From Ylistrum balloti (lineage: Eukaryota), in assembly GCF_031769215.1 (NCBI RefSeq), contig NW_026782363.1, forward strand, positions 1,116,001 to 1,180,000: a stretch of 64,000 nucleotides of DNA, written 5' to 3'. Within the stretch, counting starts at the first letter, position 1, and each line of letters starts with the position of its first letter. A program made the translations under genes and the position numbers. The notes beneath the pieces are model-generated. The model ran no database searches, had not been told where the DNA came from, and was given only the letters and a program-made list of their open reading frames with translations. Positions 1 to 14,900 of the stretch are shown here, piece by piece.

Positions 1-2513
1 TCTCCTGAAGCTTGATAAACAAGTGTTCGACACGTGTTTGAAGGTGTGAATTCAATGTTCGTACACTTTACAGGGAATAAATGGCACATGGACTGGGAAG
101 GGGGGATTATGAAGTGTGAGGATTGCATTTGATGCAGTGAAAAGGATGTTTGAACAAGACAGACAAGGGTATGAAGTCATAGAAAATATAAGAGTATATG
201 AATTCTTGAAAAAGAACTTGTACATATTAAAACTCCTGTTGATCTAGGATACAGCTGGCTACTATATACAGACATAAATCTACAATATGTTCACAACAGT
301 ACAACACAGACAGCTACTGGACAAACGATGGTGATGCAACGGGTTACTCCTGATAACTTTCATAATTGTCGAAATTTCTGTAATAAGTAAATTTATCGTA
401 ACTTTAAAATGTGTAACACTTGAAAAGGTCCGTTTTCTGGATTCTCACGGTGCAGTTTATACAAATGTTTGAAGTAAATCTAGATAACAGCATATTGGCG
501 GCGTTGACAGCTGGTATGTTTCATAAATTCAACCCGACATAGCAGGCCCATAGGGTGTCACTCTTTACTCTCATGAAATGATGATAGTGTTAATTTTCTT
601 TGAATAATAGATAGATAAAAATTTCTAAATCAAATCGCCAAAATAGGATTACCAGAACTTAGTTTCAGGAACGATCGATAGAACCTACCTTTGTCAGGCA
701 GATCCTACACCCCAAATAGAAAAGATTGTTATTATCAGGATATCATCTATCAGACTTCTGTTTCAAACCATTCTTACAACAATCTTCTGGTGTGAATAAT
801 GGGGAAAACAACAAACTTTGTCGTAGGAAATATGAGAAACAGAATGTATAATTCCTCACCGAGGCCTGAATATCTACAAATTCTGACAGAAGGTCAGGAT
901 CTCTACATATTGTCCAGTCAAAATGTCGGAATCTACAAATTCTGACCCCGAGACCAGAATTTCTACAAATCATGACAGAAGATCCCTTCATACCCTGACA
1001 GAAGACCAGAATATCTTTAGATCCTGAACGGCGAGCAGAATCTCTACCCATCCTGACAGGATATAGAACACAAATATAAAACACAATGATGTACTACCAA
1101 ATATAACTACACATAAGGGTATATTAAAATTGAGTGTAAACAGCTTTCACAACATGGAGGTTCAACAAACATATCAACACATATTCCTAGAAATACAAGG
1201 ATAGAAATACGATGATAAAATTCATTAAAAACAAACAGCCATTATAACATTTGAGATCAACATTTTTTCATGAAAAAATACAAAAATTAATAGAATGTTA
1301 TAACAAAAGAAACAAATATATCTCAAGATAGACAACAAATGTTATAATTTACAAACTATAATCAGAGGGAACAGTTTTACGTATATCTGTACGTAAGTAA
1401 CATATACATAGACGATAAGACAATGGAACTGATATGCTGTTGACACCAATATTCCATGTGAGAACGGCCGATGGCATTAGACTATAGCTGACACATTACC
1501 CCACACAATAGATCATTCTCGGCATTATCAAAAATATTTTAAGTTCGTTGAAATCGAACTGACTAGAACAAAAAAGAATATTCAGAGAAGGGTAGATATG
1601 ATTTAAAGTTTAGAAGTATTGTCAAACGAATACCTGTGGGAGTTATTGTAAATACAACCAAGGAAGATAGTGCTACACCAACTAAACAATCCCATGACTG
1701 ACAATATCTGGTAACTCTGCCATGCAATAAACAAATACATCCCGACGATAAATCTCACATCAACATATTAATGATCATTCAAAAAAACAGAGGTAGCCAA
1801 CCAGGAAACCGCTCACTAAAAACGGAACTGACGTTGTATTATTACAACAAGCAGTACAGCATGAACCGGAAGTAGTTCCCACATTATTAATACAGGAGAT
1901 CCCTGATGATCAATGAGAACGAAATTCAGGAAAAGAAAAGACTGATGTCTTTCACACGAAACTGAAGTCATATTCCTACACACGATACTTTTGTGTTCAA
2001 TTTGTAATCTATAACGTGATTAGGATTGATGAATGTTATCTACAAGTAGATTTGATACCAGTGTTATATTGCCATTTGAAGGTTCATTAGACATCGTACT
2101 TGCCAAGCAGTTTCATCGTCACAATGACCGAAAAGCTGCACTCACAGAAGCACCGTCACCTGATGGTATCTCGTGATAGCTGGACAGTACTACTTCCGGT
2201 ACAGCTGCCCTAACAAAATCCTCAGTACACTTAAACAATGGGCAGGATTCTACGAACATTGTCTACAAACTATGAGCATTTACCAAGTGAGGAATTGAAA
2301 TTTCCTCGCTAAATAATACAATCAGTGTTATGAAGTAAGTAGTACTGAACCACATGGAATCCTTACAGGGAAATGGCATTCAGTAAACATACTTCTTACA
2401 GTGTACTTAACTTTCACTTTTCAAGTAGTGCGACACATTAAACTTACTTCTTATACAGAGTACATACTTCTACAGGCAGAGATCCTCAGTAAACTCTCTT
2501 TTTCTGCTATAGT

Positions 2514-2709
2514 ACCTGGATGGAAAAACCTAGGTAGCAGGGATAGCGCACAATCACCCTATAATAGGTGCGGATACTGAAAACAGCTTTACATAGCATC
2601 CTATTTATACCAGATTCGTACCACGATCTGGATATCGGGTTCAAACTATGCCGTGTTACATTGTTGACGTAGGGTGTGACGTCAAGTATGACGAAAAGAA
2701 ATGACGTCA
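2514..2709 (-). promoter_or_regulatory. Candidate immediate-early-type promoter (TATA plus clustered CREs) and short non-coding first exon of a gene running off the left edge
   Basis: TATAAATA on minus at 2609-2602; perfect TGACGTCA at 2677-2684 and 2702-2709; TGACG half sites at 2665 and 2689; CAG/GTACT donor at 2516/2515. Confidence 0.55.
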
Positions 2710-4059
2710 GGTCGAGAGCGCTTGGATTCTGACACAGTGATCACACTGTTATGTTCCTTAGAAAGTCACTGATCCTACACCTAGATTGTTTGTTTTCGCC
2801 GTTAACGAAATATATCAAGGAGTGCTGTTGTCACGTGAACCCTGCCATGATAAATCATTTTCGAAACTGTGGTGAGTGACCAACATTGATATTTTATTTA
2901 AATTCATCTATGATAATGAAAGCATGTATGTAAAAAACAAATGTTACATTTTTCAATAAACTGTCCGTCAAAGGGGAAAATTGCTCTCTGTAATTCTAAA
3001 TTGACATTAGCATTTTATCCAATCGAAAATAAAAATCGATGAAGACATTGTGTGTTATTGATGGGGACGATAAAACCTTGTCTAATTACATCGTCATTAG
3101 AGTCTGTCTCCAATTAGATTCTTCAATCAGGAGGGACAACCAAACTGCGGGAAACCTTGTAATGGAATTCAGGCGACACCCCGTACCTCCGACATTAGTC
3201 CCGAAGCCCTAATTACATCTCAACAAACGACCGGCTTTCGAATTGCCAATATTTTATCTTCAATTGCTATCTTTGAAGAAAAAAACACAAAACAATTTGA
3301 AACTGAAACAAACAGGTTAAAGTAATCAGACAAGAAATCCTGTGAATTCATTTTTGTAAAAATGCTAATTCAAGTTGGAGTCAGCGCACTGTATTTGTAA
3401 TAGGGGTTAATACTTCACAATTTATGTTGTGATTTTATTAGAATAATATAAAATACTAAATGGAACTCATTATTAGTAAAGACTCGAGTTGTTACTTCAA
3501 TCCTACAATACAGCTCGCCATCACTTACCCTCCATTAGACCACACAAGCGGAAACACGTGGATAGTATATAATACACCTCCTAAAATCTTACGCATAGCA
3601 TCAATACACTTAAATTTAAAAAGAAAAAAATGAATTGTGCGATTTAAAAATAATTAACGAAAAAGTCGTCAACCTTTAAAAAAAGTGGAAAACCCACCAG
3701 AGTTTTCTCATATAAAAGTTTGATATTCCAAAAATATCTGTATGAGATCATATTTAGTGTCTTATTTCCGTCTATGGGTTAGATTTCAGATTATTTTTGT
3801 CCATATATGGAATAAAAGGACATTTTTTTGTCGTCAGACATATGTATGATTATGAATAATAATGAACATGGTGAGATTTTTGCCGAAAGATGTCAAACTC
3901 ATATCGTCGTTTACCTTTAACGGTACCTCCTCGAAGAGACGAATAATGCGAATGTTTCGACGCCATCATCTTTGGGCGACTTTTTATGATTTCGACAAAA
4001 CGGTGACTTTATGGGGAAATGATATGCGAGTCCTCTACTACAGAGTCACACTACTGTCT

Positions 4060-7000
4060 TTACGGTAACTCCATGTTGAAATTTTGGGGAGGTAAAGTGT
4101 GCGTCCCGATTGGACAAATACGGTAATCATCCATGGGAGACAAATCCTGTTCCGAGATAGGTGTATGTCTCTCCGACAAGGGGGAAAGCCTCTCCGAGAC
4201 CGGAGTGAGTCGACACCTTCCCTCGTGCTCCGACAGCAGGTTTTGTAGGTGAAACTTCTGCTTCAGTAGTGTCTGTATATCGTCTTGGAGATCCTTGTTC
4301 TTACACTCCAAGACATCCGACTCCTGCCGAAAACAGACAGACACGAGTCTTAAAACGGTCTCTGTTTTATAAGAGAGTAGTCGTCGAAACAAAATATAGC
4401 CAAACTTATCAATCAGTACACTGGAACATATTTATAAACAATTAATGAGATCGGAGTATTCCTTCTAGTATGTATATCTTGTGATAAATATTGATGCACC
4501 ATCGTACACCTATCACAATGAACCAGTCATACCTGTTGTAATATTTTTGTCGTTTTATGCTTCTTCATCCGAAACTTTCTTGCCGCCCTTCGATTTTGTT
4601 CCCGCCTTTTTTCCAGCTTCATCATCTCATCTGGTTTTAACTGTAAACGGAAAGAATTTGTAAATTTTATATATCTATATGTTATATATACCTCCTTATC
4701 ATCACATTAATCGTCGCACTGATCCCGATAGTCTGGATACCTGAATAATTCAATAGATTATGTTACATGTATGATAGTGCATCATCTCTAAAGTACATGT
4801 GTTGTTAATTAAGCACAAAAACCACCTCGATTCCATATTTATGAATTCCGACTAACTATAGAATCAAGTACACGTGTACTAGAAACTATCTTTACATAAG
4901 CATGTAGTGCTGAATAGGTATACAAATTTTTCCTCCGTACTTTACTTTCACTTAAAAGAACAAAAACAGAAAAAACGGCCCATCTATATTACATGTAACC
5001 AAACAACAGATATCAGTCTCCCATCCGTCAGCTAACCTCTCAATACTATCACCAGCATCCCCCTAATGATAAGCTAATTCATTTGTACTGAAAGGTGAAA
5101 ATACCAAACAAATTTTTATATCTGATTTTTATTTTGGTTTTAGGTTACATATCATTGGAGGTGATAATTTCTTAAATTTAACACAGTTTTATATCCTACT
5201 CACAATGCATTGTTTTATTTTGGTTTTAGGTTACATATCATTGAAGATGATAATTTCTTAAAATTAATACAGTTTGTAAATACCAGAGTATCATCGATAA
5301 TTACTAGTGTACGGATTGGGAACTAGTTCCGGACCATTTAGCTCCGCGATCGAGTGGGCAGGGCAGGGTAGACCGAGATGGATATTATCAACTCACAAGT
5401 AAAAAAAGGGTGAGAATGACATAACATAAAAATTATCCAATAAATTAAACGCGTGTGATAAGCATGCCTATCGCTTCGCTCTGGTTTGGCGGAGTCAGAG
5501 AGTGACGTAAAAGTCCTCCGAAAAGTCAAGTACTGGTCAACACAATCGGAACATTTCGGACACCACCATTTAAATTGCATTACAAGTGATTGTTAAGAGT
5601 TTATAAGCCTACTTTTTGTGGGAACACTTTCCCCCTGGATTATATCGTTGTACCTGTATGTTTACGATCTTAAAATGTAACATCATCTAAGGGTCCTGAC
5701 AATATACACGGTGTTCGAATCATCTCAATCACGGAGAATAATGTACAAAATGAACCATGACTTAGTTCCATATTATCTAAAGGAACCATTGCCTAATAGA
5801 GTAAATAATATTAGTAGATATAATTTAAGAACTGGTCAAGATTTTGTATTACCAAAATGTAGACAAGTTATGTATGAAAGGTCTTTTATCCCGAGTACCC
5901 TCAGAATGTGGAACTCTTTAGATATATAATCTAGAACTGTGTCAAAATTTAAACGTCATATTTCAAGACAGATCAAACCTGTGACTAACCTGACTGTAGG
6001 TAACAGAAAATTAGAAGTGAAACATGCTGCTAGAATTCGCCACGGTTGTAGTGCTTTGAATGCAGATTTTTTCAGATGTAATTTAGTATTATCTCCAGCA
6101 TGCAACTGTACCTACCCTTTAGAAAATCATTTCATTATTTCTTTCAATGTAACATGTACAACCTCTCCCGTAATATCCTTTTTAGAAAACTATCTATATA
6201 TTACATAATCGTTGATCTAGATGTCCTGTTGAACGGTTCTGTTCATCTGAACCAAGCCGAAAATGACCATATTCGACTGATTGTCCAAGAATTTATTAAA
6301 AATACAAATAGATTCGCATAAAGTTATACAAAGTGTATATATGATATTCATATTATATCTTACTAGTAATATTATAAAGCTGCTGATATTGGGAATTTTT
6401 CCATTAGTATACAGTAATTTTTATTTTATGTATAAATCAATGATTCAATGTTTGATGAAATGCTGCCATATATGTATGTAACCTTGTATAATTGTTTATG
6501 GAAGAGGACGTTCCTAAGTTGATTAACTTGTGTCCAATTCCATTTAATTTTTGGTCAAATAAACTATGTTTAAACTAGAAGAATAATGTTCAGATATTTA
6601 CAAGAAATACAGCGAGATTTTCAACCATTCAAAGTTACACTGCTAAAAATTGCTAGCGAGTGTCGTCAATGGCAATGATATTCGTGTGATGATGTAAATC
6701 ATGCAAATATAACGTAAATTCTATACATGGAAGGAGGGTAGGGGTGTTAAGATGTAGAGATACAGTGACTAACTCTGGGGGATAGTGTTAAAACGTGGGA
6801 TTAAACATGGTTGTGTCGGACACGTGCAGTCTGGGAATACCAAGAATAGAACACACATCGGGTGTTGCCATCTCTTTGTTCTACAACGGTATATCGTGAA
6901 CACTTCTGTCAGCCTCACCTGGCAAAGGGGCAAGTATGTAAGGCCAATTCTACTGCCAAGTCAAATATACACGCCAAGCACCGAAATAGCTCAATCACAA

Positions 7001-9357
7001 CTCATCGACAAAACACATGAAATACCTGAACATTTTTAATAATTTGATAACATATAACGAAATAAATACGCAATTCAAATTCTAGAGCACGGAGGGTTGG
7101 AGGGAACAGGCGAACGTTAATCTTCTGACATTGACGTCGAATCCTTGAAAGATGACTCAAAATCTGTAAATGCATGCTTCAATTTAAATGTCTGACGGCC
7201 GTTGAGGTCAGACAATCGGACGGAAGGTATGTAGACAGACGCCTAGACGGACGGAAAAGGTGGCATTAAACAGAAGTAGCTGCTTAGAAAGTCACGAATC
7301 CGGACCGTAAAACAGCGACCCAGACACATCGATCCGTATCATTTGCACACTCCCAATAGAAACGACAAGGGTGATTATTGGTCCACAACCTAATCCGTTC
7401 TAGCACCGGAAGACAAAACAAAACTAATATACAAATTTGATTGATGTTGTTACGAAACCATTTTATAAGACATGCAGACGGACGGACAAAGGAGATAAAA
7501 GACGTCTAGAATAAAAACAAACGGAGAGACGAACATAAAACAGAAGAAACGCCAGTGAAACAATAATCGCCTTCATCAGTAGAATATCGATTGTGACGCG
7601 GCACCACACCATTAGAATACACCAACAGTCGTCACAACCCCGACACACAACAGTCGACTCGCTCTGTACCACAGACTTTTTATCCCACAAATTAAATTAA
7701 TATTACGGAATATACGGTAGCCTAAAATGCATATCCCCCTGGGCGGAGAACGAGACGGGAACGGGTCGGCCAACACGTGATGGGCAGTGCGTGCCGACAT
7801 CGGTGCACGGTGAATGTGTGTCACAAGTCCACGTCTATCCTATCTCTGTTAATTGTGTTTTTCTGACAACAGGCTAAATGTTCGTGTCTTTGTTTTAAAG
7901 CAACTTAATATAATGGTTCTGTAGCGAGGGAATTTATGATGTTAACACGTCGACAGCAGTTATAATGATACATGACAGGTGTATGTCATCATCGTGGTTC
8001 ATCAGTAATCAGAAACGAAGTCTATTTTACCTACAAAGACCTTAAGTACCAATTGGCCGCTAAAATAAATCAATACAAAATTAATACGAATTTCTACTCT
8101 GATTTTGTAATAAACCTATAAGAAGGTGAATATTGACCTGTGAGGTACGTATGATGGTTCTGTAGACTTCTCTAGAGACCAGAGAATTCTACAAAACAAT
8201 TCACGTCAATACACCATGTGATACAGCAATAATTCAGACCCCAATAAAATGGACATGTGTGCATATATATATGTTTAAAAAAAGATTAATTCATGAAACC
8301 AATACGTGTTAAAAACAGAATGGTATATTTACATAAGCAAGATTATAGTTTTCTTCTACTTGTTATTCGAGCACATTCGAGACAATTTTAAACGTTTAAT
8401 GGGTTTTTTTTCTAGGAAATACATTTTCCTTAACTTCTTTTCATCGATGAACTTTAAATTTCCGGTACAAAATCGGCCAAAGTGTTTAAAGATATATAAA
8501 TTTTAAAAATTAAAATATAAACAAACGTGTAAATATATCAAAGGTGCAAATATCATCTTAAATCTAGGTGTGATAAATATTTCAAATGTCATCACATTCG
8601 CAAAATATATCTTTTTTCAAAACACTGAAAAAAGATATTCAATTTCCTCATATTTCTATCAATGATACATTTTTAAGTGTAGTGTTTCAGTTTTTTCGCT
8701 TTCTGTAGATAAAGTCCATGAAGTTTATCAAATGTTATTAATAATGCAACTGGAACACGGCTAATTCACAGTCAGAATTAAAGAATACAATAATGAGAAT
8801 AGTGTTTTCACAACTGTTAATTCCATGTGTAAACAAAAACGATGAAGATTAATACAATTTTTCGGTTTGTGCCACACGTGGCATGAGGTCAAAAATAAGT
8901 TTTGCAATCGATGGCATGAAATGGTGATGTTACAATAAAAACGCATTTTTCATTTTGTTTATAACGTAAATATAATGTAAATATCAATATTTTCAAATAA
9001 CGGATAGGTTCACATAACAAACAATATATTCACGTAAATAAATATTAACAAGAAAAATAAGGAACAAGCATGGATCAATTATAGATACGAGTTAATAATT
9101 TAAAAACCTCTGTTACTGACCTTGTCCTTTCGGGGCTGTATTTTGATGGCCCTTTCAGGAGATAACTCTTTTCCTTCTTCCAAACAGCGCGTGAGGATTC
9201 TACATTTGAGCTCCTCTTTTAGGAGGGGTGTGATCTTGCCTGTCTCCAAGGACTCGAGGGTGGCTGACCGCAGTTTCTCGTCCGTGATCGAATTAACATT
9301 GAATACCTCCAAATCACATGGATCTAGAAAATCATTGCTAGTGTCCGTTGGATCCAT
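4060..9357 (-). CDS. Gene A: ATF3/Fos-like bZIP transcription factor, 3 coding exons, ~202 aa
   Basis: Exons 9357-9121 (MDPTDT...ITPLLKEELKCRILTRCL...PRKDK, donor GTCAGT), 4640-4533 (108 nt, LKPDEMMKLEKRREQNRRAARKFRMKKHKTTKILQQ, AG/GTATGA) and 4323-4060 (ESDVLECKNKDLQDDIQTLLKQKFHLQNLLSEHEGRC...stop). All junctions are phase 0; five Leu heptads then HxxxC as in Fos/ATF3. The start ATG is a best guess. Confidence 0.88.
5720..6575 (+). mobile_element. 5'-truncated CR1-group LINE (ORF2 C-terminal region and 3' tail) in intron 1 of gene A
   Basis: Frameshifted peptides RSFIPSTLRMWNSL, RIRHGCSALNADFFRCNL..SPACNC and DVLLNGSVHLNQAENDHIRLIVQEFIKNTNRF match the post-RT region of CR1-like ORF2; ends with AATAAACTATGTTTAAAC. 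Boundaries approximate. Confidence 0.8.
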
Positions 9358-11902
9358 ATTGTCCAAAAAACATTGGATGAACTTGGTTTTACCAAATAAA
9401 AAGCCAAGAAAATAATTCTCGTAAGCTCCCTCGCATGATCTAGTCCGACTCCATCGGACCGTCTGTTTACACTTCACAGCTGATCAGAATATGTGTATTC
9501 TCCCAGGTCACGTGAAATCTCGTTTCAAAGTGACGTAGCTTGATAAAAAAATACTATAACTAAGGCAAAGCGATACTCGTCTGCAATCGGTTTGATACAC
9601 TAGGCATCGGTGCTGCCCCTTCCTAAGGCAGATACACTCGCGGGAGCGGCTAAAAATAAACCCGTGTGTCATACAACGTTTGTAACGTCATCCACTCCTG
9701 CCAGAAATCCCACAGAATGGCCAGGGTAAAGCAATCCTGGTTTTTCATCTATCTGAAGAAAAATTAAATAAGCTGAAATTATTTTTTGCAGTAAATTAAA
9801 GATTTTCGCGCGTTTTATCAACCCTTTTGTCTGTTTGAAATGCGATGGGTTTTTTTCAAGTATTTCCAGATATTTGTTACAACACAAAATTGTCAATTCA
9901 AATAGCCCACGCTGACTGCAGTATGTTTGTAAACAGAGAAGTCTGCACTTTAAATATTAAACAGTGGTCATGTTCGAACCTGTGTGTACACTTGTTGTTC
10001 TATTTTAGGATCTTACTGCATACAGTTGAAGGGACGTAACTCCGTTAACGTCTAGGAATTAATTTTGGACTGCTTTCGCTTCACAAAAAGAAAATGTTTA
10101 GTGGCAACCTTTTGTCATCCTGTGATGATCACGAAGCTTGTATTTCAGATCGGTTTAAATTCACAACGCCTGATCTTCTGTCTGTCGGAGCTGGACCAAC
10201 ACGTGCGCTTTCTAAAACATGTACATGTGTGCCGGACGAAATATAAACACTGGCGAGCTGCACTGAGCGATCAAGACGACCCCAATACACATGTACGCGA
10301 CTGGCGCGTGGCAGCTTTATACCGAACTGTGTCACGCTGATCGATAATCCAATAAAAATACAGTAGTGATGACTGGGATTATGTGTCGGTAATATTTATT
10401 CGTGACTGTATCAGGTGCGAACGATTGAAATTCTTTAGATGTGTAAATTCCAGGAATATTTGACATTCCTGTCTGATGACAATAGGTACTCGCGAGACAG
10501 TGTCGTAATTAGTACAGTACCTGAATCCAATGCACGTGACAGGAAACTAACCAATCAGAACTCACAATTGAAGGGCGTTGTCTGTTTCAACGATATGCTC
10601 ATTTCACAAATCAATCGATTTGCATACTTGAAGAATTCGTAAGCGAACGTGTATGTTGATAAGTAGGTGTTTCTTGAATTATTCACTGCATTTTACATTA
10701 ATAAATGAACGAAAAATACTTTGGACACGAAATTAATATTGAAATACTCTGTGGTAGGTACTATATGGGAGATGGCCAGCTGTTTGGTATATGGCGCGCT
10801 ATTACAGATGATTCATGGTTGTGTCTAGCTATCGAAGTCTCCACAAGGTCAGATGTCGACGTCGTCCGCGGAATATAATACCGACGTCTAACCCTACTGT
10901 CTTTGCTCAACTGAAAAATTGTGTTCAAAATTACCTCACATCTGTAGTAAACATACATATCTATTCATATTTTCATAAGAAATCACTCCGTTTGACAAAT
11001 GTGTGTGTCTGAAACTTTCAAATTTGTTACAGTAAGAAATCTAAATTCTTTATTTATGATTCTGTACGTCTTTATAAATAATATAAATACTCAGTTATAT
11101 TCTTCTTTTTTCGTTGTCATAACCATGTAAATTATATATATATATATATACATTTGCACTTTGATGCCTTCCAATGGAATAATCACGCCCTTTTAGATAA
11201 GCCATATCTCCCCTGAATTTTATATTTGTGAGTTACTTTTCTATATCAATAGTTCCCTATACGTGTTCTAGGCAAGGAAATGGATGTATTTGTTATATTC
11301 AACATTTATGACATTGCTGTTGGCAGATAACTGTATAAATATTTTTTTTATTAATTGCTATGTTCAAAGGTTGGTTTGACTAACGCCTTTGTTCCTGGTA
11401 AGTGTGACACGTAATCATGTTAGTTTTGTTGTTACTTTACAAACGAAATTATACAGAACATAAGTTATAACATACAAACTATGAAAACAATGATTGTACA
11501 TTATTTGAGGCCATTCAGGCCAGCAACTCGACGATGACAGAGTTAAATCAAGTCGGATTACAATATATTATGCAAATTAGGAAGGCGAGGAATTTGTTTT
11601 CTCATTTGTGGTACGAGTTACAGCCGTAAAAACGCACGCGATCAGGAAGGTTGTTAGTAAAAATCGAACTGCGCGTATCACGCGGAAAATGAAAGACAAC
11701 TTGTGACAGATTACTGACCGTCGGGTGACTGGTTAATGATGGACGCTTCTGACTTCTATCTGTACTTTACACCTATAGCACGCTACGTACCAATCAATAA
11801 AGCAAAATGCAATGATTCCGTGTTTTACCAAAATCAGTAGACCACTAACTTCCCAGTAAATTCACACAGGTGTCAATCATTACTGTCTTGTACATCTTGT
11901 TT

Positions 11903-14900
11903 CCTCCTATATATCTTACCGCCCCCCTCCTATATATCTTACCGCCCCCTCCTATATATCTGATATCTTACCGCCCCCCTCCTATATATCTTACCGCCCC
12001 CCTCCTATATATCTGATATCTTATATCCTATATATATCCTGTCCCTCCTATATATCTTACCGCCCCCTACTATAGATCCGACACCGTGACTGGAGTTCTG
12101 ACGTGTGATCTGTCGATCTCTGATATCTTACCGCCCCCCTCCTATATATCTTACCGCCCCCTCCTATATATCTTACCGCCCCCCTCCTATATATCTTACC
12201 GCCCCCTCCTATATATCTGACCGCCCCCATCCTATACTACCGCCCCCTTCCTATATATCTTACCGCCCACTCCTATACATCTTACCGCCCCCCTCCTATA
12301 TATCTTACCGCTCCCCTCCTCCCTATATATCTTACCGCCCCCCTCCTATATATCTTACCGCCCCCCTCCTATATATCTTACCGCCCCCCTCCTATATATC
12401 TTACCGCCCCCCCCCGCCCCCATCCTATATATCTTACCGCCCCCTCCTATACATCTTACCGCCCCCCTCCTATATATCTGATATCTTACTGTCCCTCCTA
12501 TACATCTAACTGTCCCTCCTATATATCTTACCGCCCCCTCCTATATATGTGATATCTTACTGTCCCTCCTATACATCTAACTGTCCCTCCTATATATCTT
12601 ACCGCCCCCTCCTATATATCTGATATCTTACTGTCCCTCCTATACATCTAACTGTCCCTCCTATATATCTTACCGCCCCCTCCTATATATCTGACATCTT
12701 ACTGTCAATCCTATATATCTTACCGCCCCCTCCTATATATCTGATATCTTACTGTCCCTCCTATATATCTAACTGTCCCTCCTATATATCTTACCGCCCC
12801 CTCCTATATATCTGATATCTTACTGCCAATCCTATATATCTTACCGCCCCCTCCTATATATCTGATATTTTACTGTCCCTCCTATATATCTAACTGTCCC
12901 TCCTATATATCTTACCGCCCCCCTCCTATATATCTGATATCTTACTGTCCCTCCTATATATCTTACCGCCCCCTCCTATATATCTTACTGTCCCTCCTAT
13001 ATATCTGATATCTTGCCGCCCCCTCCTATATATCTTACCGCCCCCCTCCTATATATCTGATATCTTACCGCCCCCTCCTATATATCTTACTGTCCCTCCT
13101 ATATATCTAACTGTCCCTCCTATATATCTTACCGCTCCCCTCCTATATATCTTACCGCCCCCTACTATATATCTGATATCTTACTGTCCCTCCTATACAT
13201 CTAACTGTCCCTCCTATATATCTGCCCCCTCCTATATATCTGATATCTTACTGCCAATCCTATATATCTTACCGCCCCCTCCTATATATCTGATATTTTA
13301 CTGTCCCTCCTATATATCTAACTGTCCCTCCTATATATACCGCCCCCCCTCCTATATATCTAACTGTCCCTCCTATATATCTTACCGCCCCCTCCTATAT
13401 ATCTGATATCTTACTGTCCCTCCTATACATCTAACTGTCCCTCCTATATATCTTACCGCCCCCTCCTATATATCTGACATCTTACTGTCAATCCTATATA
13501 TCTTACCGCCCCCTCCTATATATCTGATATCTTACTGTCCCTCCTATATATCTTACCGCCCCCTCCTATATATCTGATATCTTACTGTCCCTCCTATACA
13601 TCTAACTGTCCCTCCTATATATCTTACCGCCCCCTCCTATATATCTGATATCTTACTGCCAATCCTATATATCTTACCGCCCCCTCATATATATCTGATA
13701 TTTTACTGTCCCTCCTATATATCTAACTGTCCCTCCTATATATCTTACCGCCCCCCTCCTATATATCTGATATCTTACTGTCCCTCCTATATATCTTACC
13801 GCCCCCTCCTATATATCTTACTGTCCCTCCTATATATCTGATATCTTGCCGCCCCCTCCTATATATCTGATATCTTACCGCCCCCCTCCTATATATCTGA
13901 TATCTTACCGCCCCCCTCATATATATCTGATATCTTACTGTCCCTCCTATATATCTTACTGTCCCTCCTATATATCTTACTGTCCCTCCTATATATCTGA
14001 TATCTTACTGTCAATCCTATATATCTGATATCTTACCGCCCCCTCCTATATATCTGATATCTTACTGTCAATCCTTTATCTTTTATTGTCCCACCTATAT
14101 ATCTTACCGCCCCCTCCTATATATCTGATATCTTACTGTCAATACTTTATCTTTTATTGTTCCACCTATATATCTAACAGTCAATCCTATACATACTGTC
14201 CCTCCTATATATCTTACCGCCCCCTCCTATCTATCTGATATCTTACTGTCAATCCTTTATCTTTTATTGTTCCACCTATATACCGCCCCCTCCTATATAT
14301 CTGATATCTTACTGTCAATCCTTTATCTTTTATTGTGCCACCTATATATCTTACCGCCCCCTCCTATATATCTGATATCTTACTGTCAATCCTTTATCTT
14401 TTATTGTCCCACCTATATATCTTACCGCCCCCTCCTATATATCTGATATCTTACTGTCAATCCTTTATCTTTTATTGTTTCACCTATATATCTTACCGCC
14501 CCCTCCTATATATCTGATATCTTACTGTCAATCCTTTATCTTTTATTGTTCCACCTATATATCTTACCGCCCCCTCCTATATATCTGATATCTTACTGTC
14601 AATCCTTTATCTTTTATTGTTCCACCTATATATCTTACCGCCCCCTCCTATATATCTGATATCTTACTGTCAATCCTTTATCTTTTATTGTTCCACCTAT
14701 ATATCTTACCGCCCCCTCCTATATATCTGATATCTTACTGTCAATCCTTTATCTTTTATACCTATATATCTTACCGCCCCCTCCTATATATCTGATATCT
14801 TACTGTCAATCCTTTATCTTTTATTGTCCCACCTATATATCTAACAGTCAATCCTATATATACTGTCCCTCCTATATATCTTACCGCCCCCTCCTATATA

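Noticed and set aside
1-2330. Coding-like stretches (e.g. VRIAFDAVKRMFEQD; ...ERNSGKEK) possibly from a decayed LTR retroelement
   Set aside because: Many stops, no recognisable RT/RNase H/integrase motif, and no paired LTRs found.
10290-10322. Minus-strand TATAAAG as possible promoter of gene A
   Set aside because: No convincing donor-acceptor pair links it to the coding exon at 9357.
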